Below, in pieces: positions 58,139 through 64,000 of a DNA stretch of 64,000 bases. The position numbers and the translations under genes are program-made. Within the stretch, counting starts at the first letter, position 1. Every line of letters starts with the position of its first letter. The notes under the pieces are model-generated. The model was not told the origin of the DNA and searched no databases. It saw nothing but the letters and a program-made list of their open reading frames with translations. This DNA comes from a virus, in IMG/VR virus record IMGVR_UViG_3300021420_000018, positions 32,001 to 96,000 of that record; one strand, given 5' to 3'.

Positions 58139-58756
58139 TTAAGTCTCAAGCGGCAGCGTGCCCTGGACATCGCCCATCTTCAACCAGATCGTCGAACCAT
58201 AATGGCGGCAAGCAAACCGTTCTACAGTCGGATTCAAGGCGCACACCAGGCGGAAGGAAAGCCGGATGATGTCTTTGGCATCGCCAGTGCCTTTGTCTTC
58301 GATCACCTGGAGACGAATCTTTTCGATGGGAGCGCTGTCCTGGAGCTCTGTCTCCGCGCCATCCGGGGCCAGTCTCAAATCAAAGCTTTGGGCGCCTACG
58401 CCGCTCACTTCACTAAGCCGGCAGGTCCCTTCTTCAATGTGCCGCCATTCGCTCACGACGCTATCCGGCAACAAATCGCGATGGTCCTCAGTCAGCTCCA
58501 CGGAAAACTCCATCGCGACGCTTCTCTTGTCTTTCTCAATATCGAAGTGCGGCTTGACGTAGTTGATCGCCATGAAGCCGTTTATGATGCGGGTCGGCTC
58601 CCGCTTCTCTTCGTTTTCTGCCTCGAGCTCCTCCGCGGAAAGCTGCTCCGGCTCGGTACGGACCGGTTCTTCAAAATCTGCGTTCGGATCCAGTTTTTGC
58701 GTGGAACGTTTCTTCGTTGTGTCACGCCCCACGAGTCCCACCTGTCTAACCGCCAT
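58139..58756 (-). CDS. Hypothetical acidic protein
   Basis: SD GAGGAGG; ends QGTLPLET. Confidence 0.65.
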   Translation of the reverse strand: MAVRQVGLVGRDTTKKRSTQKLDPNADFEEPVRTEPEQLSAEELEAENEEKREPTRIINGFMAINYVKPHFDIEKDKRSVAMEFSVELTEDHRDLLPDSVVSEWRHIEEGTCRLSEVSGVGAQSFDLRLAPDGAETELQDSAPIEKIRLQVIEDKGTGDAKDIIRLSFRLVCALNPTVERFACRHYGSTIWLKMGDVQGTLPLET

Positions 58757-58768
58757 GTCTATTCCTCC

Positions 58769-59110
58769 TCAGTTTGTCGGCATCGGTATATCGATCGTTC
58801 CAATGGGGAAAATCCCGATGATCTTTCGGCAGTCGTCATTGATGCACCGGACCACCATAATCACGAATCGGTTGCCCATCACCGTCTGCGTTCCTTTGAG
58901 GCCTTCGGTCCCGCAGTACGGGCAGATCGGATGGGTTGATTTTTTAGGGATGGCTTCGACCGGGGCAATGGTCACTGAATCATCATCCGGGATGATCGGT
59001 TCCGGCTCTTTGTGGAACTGGTTCTGGCATTCATACGGTTCTTCCCGGTCGTGCAGCACCCGCGGTAAGCCACGAAAACCACCACAGTCTGGGCACTTTA
59101 GTTCAGCCAT
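58769..59110 (-). CDS. Double Zn-ribbon protein
   Basis: CPDC..C...H; CPYC..CINDDC. Confidence 0.6.
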   Translation of the reverse strand: MAELKCPDCGGFRGLPRVLHDREEPYECQNQFHKEPEPIIPDDDSVTIAPVEAIPKKSTHPICPYCGTEGLKGTQTVMGNRFVIMVVRCINDDCRKIIGIFPIGTIDIPMPTN

Positions 59111-59116
59111 TGTCCC

Positions 59117-60922
59117 TCACAAAAATAGCCATTCGGCAGCCTTCACGTCTCCGCTACTTGGATAGGTGATCAAGCCAGCCGTACGCATTGCGCCGATGTA
59201 GTTTCGAAATGTTCCGGTATCTGGCTGGAGTCCGACCCTTTCTCCTAATTCTTCTCGACTGAGGCCTTCGGGATGCTCGAATAGCGCGTCCAAGATGCGC
59301 TGCTGAGAACTGTTTAGGAGTTGTCGGGCACGCCCCAGGACTTCTTCCTGCGTTGGCGCTTCACTGCTGCCGGCCAGTTCCCTACCGGAATGAGTTAGTT
59401 GGATCGTCCCTGGCGTTGGATAGAAAATAAGGCCAGCGGTTTTGAGGCTTCCAATGTAGTTGCGGAAAGTACCAGTATTGGGCTTTAAGACAGACCAGAA
59501 GCCAACGGTTTCGCGGGTAGGCTGCTCCCGGCCGATCGCCTCAAGCTCGGCAAGGGCCTTAAGGATCCGCTTCTGAGAGCTATTGATAGCCCCATTCTCG
59601 ATTGAAGGCGATTCCCGGGCCTCAGAACGTTCTGAGGCAGGCTTCCTAGGCAAAGGTGCGCTGCGTGGCACAGGGACCGCGGGTGCATTATGGCTGGCCG
59701 CCACAGAAACATGGTAGGACTCAATAGTCGGGATACTGAATCCAGTCGCCAGCTTGGCATAACGTACGGCTGCCTCCAGGGTGTGGATAGCCTTTTTGAG
59801 CTGCACCTCGTAAAAAGCTGAGGCTTTCTTAACCTCTCGTTCGATCGCCTTGGTGTCCACTTTAGTGGACATTGCCGGTGTCGGATGTACATTATGGTGT
59901 ACATTTGCCTTACGAACTTCTGCTTCCAATTCACGGATACGCGCCTTGGCCTGTTTAAGATCCGACACTTCCTGACGCCGCTCGGTTTGCTTGGACGCGA
60001 ATAGAGTTTTCAGCTTTTTGACCGCTTCCGTGACACTAAACTTGGCAACGTTAACTGGTGATTCGCCAGGCTTTGGCGTACGTCCAGCGTGATAAGTGGC
60101 ACGCATCCTGGCAGTGAACTTGACCGGCGCCCCAAGCTTGTCTGGCATCAAGCCCCAGGCCTCGCCAGGCTTGAGATGTGGAAGCGTGTCGATCATGACT
60201 TTCAATGCGTCCTTGTCGGCAAAATGATGCTTGAACCAGTCTTCGACCTGATCGATATCCTGTGGGCCCATCATTCCGAGAACGAAAAGGTTGTCGATCT
60301 GCGTCAGGGCATCCTTGTTAATCTTGGCAGGACGCTGGGAGATGATCGTAAAGCCCAAGCCAGAACTGCGGCCTTCCTCGATGATTCTGCTCATGGCATA
60401 GAGTACGGCTTTCTGCTCGTCAAACTTCAGTACCTGCGGCAAAAAGTTCTGTGCTTCCTCGAAGAAAATATGGCGTGGCGTTTTATTTATCCGGAAAATC
60501 TCGTCGGCAAAATCAGCGCACCATTTCTGGCGGGCTGTGAAGCCAAGCGCCTTCATGTCTACGATTGTGGAGATATGGCCGTCGACGATGATCCGAGCGG
60601 CTTCACGGCCATCCGTCTGCTCGATAGGAATGTCGCCGTGCTCACCACCGATGATCAGAACATCAAAACCTGATGGACCGCTAGGACGTCCACTATCGTC
60701 CGTGGCAAAGCGGATGCCCCAATGCGCTGCTGGCGGATCCAGAACGACTATCGACTCGCCGCGGGCCAGGAAAAACTCTTCCATATCGGCAGCCAACACC
60801 GTCTTGCCCTTTCCGCGCTTCGCAAGTATGGCAAATCCTTGAGTGATGGCGTCATCGGACAACTCAAGACGACCTCCATGAACTGCGGTGCCGATCCAAC
60901 GCGGGATGCGAATATGCGTCAT
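59117..60922 (-). CDS. HerA/FtsK-superfamily ATPase with tandem C-terminal winged-helix repeats
   Basis: AKRGKGKT; FFEEAQ; GR..GLG...SQRPA; two copies of NSSQ.RIL.AL...TGTFRNYIG...TAGLI.YP. Confidence 0.8.
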   Translation of the reverse strand: MTHIRIPRWIGTAVHGGRLELSDDAITQGFAILAKRGKGKTVLAADMEEFFLARGESIVVLDPPAAHWGIRFATDDSGRPSGPSGFDVLIIGGEHGDIPIEQTDGREAARIIVDGHISTIVDMKALGFTARQKWCADFADEIFRINKTPRHIFFEEAQNFLPQVLKFDEQKAVLYAMSRIIEEGRSSGLGFTIISQRPAKINKDALTQIDNLFVLGMMGPQDIDQVEDWFKHHFADKDALKVMIDTLPHLKPGEAWGLMPDKLGAPVKFTARMRATYHAGRTPKPGESPVNVAKFSVTEAVKKLKTLFASKQTERRQEVSDLKQAKARIRELEAEVRKANVHHNVHPTPAMSTKVDTKAIEREVKKASAFYEVQLKKAIHTLEAAVRYAKLATGFSIPTIESYHVSVAASHNAPAVPVPRSAPLPRKPASERSEARESPSIENGAINSSQKRILKALAELEAIGREQPTRETVGFWSVLKPNTGTFRNYIGSLKTAGLIFYPTPGTIQLTHSGRELAGSSEAPTQEEVLGRARQLLNSSQQRILDALFEHPEGLSREELGERVGLQPDTGTFRNYIGAMRTAGLITYPSSGDVKAAEWLFL

Positions 60923-61172
60923 CGCCGCGCCGCCATTGCCTTGCTGTGTTCCTTGAGGCTGTCGTGATAAGCGATATCCTCCTTCTTCAATGCTCCCGCG
61001 ATATGCTCGTCAAGTTTCTTGCCTACCTCTTCCCAACTGTCCGAGATATCGGCCGCCGTCCATCCGCACATACACCAAACCACAGGATGCGGCTTATGGT
61101 CAGGTAGTAACGTATAGTAGCCTTTGTCAAAACCGTGCTGGATGCGAAGACCTTTTCGTTCTGTTTCGCTGT

Positions 61173-61541
61173 TCATGACTTCGCCTGCGTAGCGTGGCCG
61201 CGCCGTTCCGCGACCATCGCAAGATCAAGCGGCTTAAGGAAACAGTTGCTGCAAATGAAAAGCGTGGTCATGGCGTCCGGCTCATCCAGGACATCAACGG
61301 CCGCATCGCCGCCTGGCGAGAGCGTTTCAGCTATATCTAACGCTCGTTTGGCATCTGGATCTGTCAGCGTTCTGCCCCAACCGTGGAGAATACCTAGCGT
61401 GGCATTCGCGTTCTTTGGATTGAAGATGGCGTGCCGGATCTGGATGTAGTGAAAGAACGGCACCAGCTTCTCCCCACAACTGTCGCACGGGCGCAGCTCG
61501 CTAAGCTTCAGCCCGAATGTTTTTGGCTTTGGTAGATCCAT
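61173..61541 (-). CDS. Zn-binding hypothetical protein
   Basis: LRPCDSC...ICSNC. Confidence 0.55.
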   Translation of the reverse strand: MDLPKPKTFGLKLSELRPCDSCGEKLVPFFHYIQIRHAIFNPKNANATLGILHGWGRTLTDPDAKRALDIAETLSPGGDAAVDVLDEPDAMTTLFICSNCFLKPLDLAMVAERRGHATQAKS

Positions 61542-61983
61542 TTGATCCTCTCGCTAAACGCTTCACTCGATTGCGTTCATTATCGATAGCCCGTCTACAT
61601 GCTTTGCAACATCTCCTGCCATCTGGATAGGTATAAAGATTGTCGCCGGAGTACGGATGGCCTTGCGGACAAGATGTGATATTCGCCGCGACACTTAACC
61701 ATGCTTGTGGAAACTTACTCTCGCCACGAGCCACGCTGCGCTTGTAATGACACGGAAAACAGACAGCTTGAACATCGGTTTGGTGTGCAGCCGAATATCC
61801 TAAATAATGATCGTAGTGGTGCTTCCTGTCGCTGCCAGTATGTCCGCAGTCGAAACACGGAACCGATTGCGGATGCGGCAGTATTCCTGCATTCACTAGG
61901 CGGCGAATACGATTGTGGGCTTGTCGCCTATCTCCATCGCGCGCAGCTGTCCGCAGAGAACGCAGTTTGGTATTTGTTTTCAT
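61501..61983 (-). CDS. HNH-like endonuclease with C-terminal Zn module
   Basis: AH..I...V..G.L....CFDCG...HHYDH..Y......VCFPCH; CPQGHPY...RCCKAC. Confidence 0.75.
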   Translation of the reverse strand: MKTNTKLRSLRTAARDGDRRQAHNRIRRLVNAGILPHPQSVPCFDCGHTGSDRKHHYDHYLGYSAAHQTDVQAVCFPCHYKRSVARGESKFPQAWLSVAANITSCPQGHPYSGDNLYTYPDGRRCCKACRRAIDNERNRVKRLARGSNGSTKAKNIRAEA

Positions 61984-62690
61984 CGTCGCCGGACAGATTC
62001 GATTTCCTCGGGATAAACTTCTATGCCACCAACAATAGCAGCGGCATCAGGTCCGAGCCTTGTAACGATAGGGTTAACTTTCGATTCATCTAGAACTAAG
62101 AACTCGCGCTTGATCAACGCCGGATTCTTCACGCGCCACTTCCACACTGTCTTAATCGCATGGCCTTTCTGCTTCGGCACGGTGCTTGGAACGATGACCG
62201 GAGGCGGCGGCGCGGCCGCTGCGCGATCGATTACGACTTGCGCGGCTTCCGTCTCGCCCATCTGTTGAAGCTGGCTCGCTTCTTCTATCGCCTGAGCTTC
62301 TTGTTGGGCCTTGGCCTTTTTGCGTTCCTCATCTTCAATCGCCTGGCGCTTGCGTTCTTCTTCCATGCGCCAGTCGCGACGCCGCTGCTTGATGAGTTCC
62401 TCTGCCTTCGAATAAGGGAGCGTGAGCATGGCGCGGAGTCCGGTCAGAAACTTGTGCACACGGTTGGCTTCTGCAACCGTCTGCTCAAAAAACTCGTCGA
62501 CTTTCTTTTTCCTTTCGGCAACCACATCCAGGAACGCGCCGCTGGCTTCGTAGTCCTCAAGCGTGGCTATTTCTAGCTCCTGGGCCTGCTTCAGAATCTT
62601 TGGAGCTGCCTCTTGCAGCGCGGCCACTTGCTTCTGATCGAGCGGCGAGATCTTCAGTTCATACGGTGTCACGGTTGCCGGTTCGCTCAT
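61980..62690 (-). CDS. Coiled-coil protein of the recombination operon
   Basis: Long coiled coil then WKWRV.NP.LI.REFL..DE...GIEVY. Confidence 0.65.
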   Translation of the reverse strand: MSEPATVTPYELKISPLDQKQVAALQEAAPKILKQAQELEIATLEDYEASGAFLDVVAERKKKVDEFFEQTVAEANRVHKFLTGLRAMLTLPYSKAEELIKQRRRDWRMEEERKRQAIEDEERKKAKAQQEAQAIEEASQLQQMGETEAAQVVIDRAAAAPPPPVIVPSTVPKQKGHAIKTVWKWRVKNPALIKREFLVLDESKVNPIVTRLGPDAAAIVGGIEVYPEEIESVRRR

Positions 62691-63346
62691 GCTGCCTCCT
62701 CAATCATTCGCAGCTTGTTACCCTGCTTCAGCTTCCAATGGGTAAGGTGCAGGGCCGAAATGAATACGTTCGCATCCTCACGCTCGGAATAATCAAACTT
62801 TCGATACTTGCCGGTTTCGAATAACTGCACGGCGATCCGGCGCCGGCGAACGAATAAAGCAATCGGCGAACTTTCAAGACTGGTAGCCACGCCGTAGAAG
62901 TCCGGGACCCCGAGAGCGTATCCCGCAAGCTGTATGGCCCACCAGTCTTGCTCCGTCGAAGAAGTCTTAAGATCAACAATGGCCTCGCGTTTTTGGAACA
63001 ATCCTTCCCTGTCTGGCGTCAGCCCAACCGGCATTCCATTGATCGTCGCGCAAAACGACTGCTCGATGCGGCGCGGCACGAAGCCGGTAACCTCGCGAAA
63101 GTTAGCCCAACCCTCAACGTAGCCTCTGATCTTTTCATGGACCGAGTTCCAATCGAGCTGGCCTTCATCGTAGTAGTGAGTCGCCTGATGGACGAGGACC
63201 CCAATCCGGCTTTTTCTTTCAAGTATTTCTCTCCGCACCATGTCATAGGAAACCAACCCTGCGTGATCTAAGCAGCGAGTGCAACTGGGAACAACGATGC
63301 CATTCAGCGCATAAGAATGCGTGGAAGGCTCAAATGTAAAGGCCAT
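62687..63346 (-). CDS. PD-(D/E)XK exonuclease-like protein
   Basis: F.PSTHSY.LNG..VPSCT; G..VH; E....G.TPD; IVDLKT; QLAGY. Confidence 0.85.
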   Translation of the reverse strand: MAFTFEPSTHSYALNGIVVPSCTRCLDHAGLVSYDMVRREILERKSRIGVLVHQATHYYDEGQLDWNSVHEKIRGYVEGWANFREVTGFVPRRIEQSFCATINGMPVGLTPDREGLFQKREAIVDLKTSSTEQDWWAIQLAGYALGVPDFYGVATSLESSPIALFVRRRRIAVQLFETGKYRKFDYSEREDANVFISALHLTHWKLKQGNKLRMIEEAA

Positions 63347-64000
63347 CAGAACTTGGCGTTTATCAGTTCTTCGAGTTTCTTGCGCTGCGACCGGCGAACG
63401 TCCTTAAGATCCTCAACGTTGAACTCCTGCTTGAGTATCTTCTTGACGTCCAACTTCGAAATGCTCTTTCCGAATACGAACTTCCAAATCTCCTGCTGCT
63501 CTTCGGCGCTCAGAAGTGGATCCGCTTCTTGCTCCTGCGCCGGCTTCTCTTTGGCTTTTGGCTTTTCGGCTTCAGCGGGTGAGCCATGCCCAGTCTTCTG
63601 CGTTTGGGTGGTCGCCTCTTCCGCTTTCTCTTTTGGGCGATCGGCTTCCCTGTTCTCTGCTTCCGGTTCGGCCTCGGTCCGGCGTGGCGGCGGGATCTCG
63701 ACAACATCATCCGGAGGGATAACCAGGTCAGCCTCGGCGTCTTTATTCACGAGCTCGACCAGGTCCTCCAGCTTGCGGCTCTTGAGCGGCAGGCGCTTGG
63801 CGAGTACGCGGATCGGTGTCTTGCGCCAGCCTTCTTCCCAAAACGTGCCCCACATCAGGCTGTTCGGCTGCTTCGAGTGCTTTCTGTGGCGGTCAACCTG
63901 TTCGGCGGTCAGGTATTCCCAGTCAAGCTGGCCATCGTTGAACTCGATCAGCGCGTAGGCGCCGGAAGCTGTCTCCCGATTGCGCTCATTATCGTCCCCG
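63346..64000 (-). CDS. recT: RecT-family single-strand annealing protein (5' end beyond the window)
   Basis: GAYALI...EYLT.EQV..HR...W.T.WEE..RKT.IR.LAK.LP; adjacent to the exonuclease. Confidence 0.8.
   Translation of the reverse strand, partial: GDDNERNRETASGAYALIEFNDGQLDWEYLTAEQVDRHRKHSKQPNSLMWGTFWEEGWRKTPIRVLAKRLPLKSRKLEDLVELVNKDAEADLVIPPDDVVEIPPPRRTEAEPEAENREADRPKEKAEEATTQTQKTGHGSPAEAEKPKAKEKPAQEQEADPLLSAEEQQEIWKFVFGKSISKLDVKKILKQEFNVEDLKDVRRSQRKKLEELINAKF

Noticed and set aside
57731-58939. 402-aa plus-strand ORF
   Set aside because: Antisense shadow spanning rusA and its neighbours.
1-64000. Integrase, att site, DGR, retron or recoded stop codons
   Set aside because: No recombinase or reverse transcriptase motifs seen, and recognisable genes are intact under the standard code.

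Overview
The whole window is one stretch of a tailed dsDNA phage (Caudoviricetes) genome. It is gene-dense, mostly on the minus strand, with a plus-strand block at about 14.3-25.6 kb. I saw no integrase, CRISPR array, rRNA or canonical tRNA. A soil-type host such as Acidobacteriota is a weak inference from the DnaB and the secreted FN3 and beta-helix proteins. Packaging genes: an intein-containing portal fused to a histidine-phosphatase domain (runs off the left edge and is missing from the ORF track), a probable TerS, and an intein-containing TerL. Replication and repair genes: initiator with iterons, DnaC-like loader, DnaB, clamp-loader-like AAA+, ParB, WGR-ligase, Ku, RecT, a PD-(D/E)XK nuclease, RusA and a HerA-like ATPase. 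Also present are a Ycf46-like AAA+/SWIM/DUF1257/DUF2997/DUF3150 cluster and about nine homing-type endonucleases. The most striking observations are four. (1) The TerL intein carries a complete HNH endonuclease gene overprinted in another reading frame, behind its own extended -10 element, while the intein frame stays open. (2) About ten unrelated proteins end in the same basic [KR]R-x-I-x-[LF]-[DE] peptide, concentrated around the AAA+/SWIM cluster. (3) The portal is a portal-intein-phosphatase fusion. (4) Several recurrent cis-motifs occur: a 12-copy AGGGAGAATC start motif, a conserved promoter spacer, a GTAAGCGTTTAC operator, and a 17-bp-phased ATGACCC array next to terS. All family assignments come from motif recognition by eye, not from database searches.
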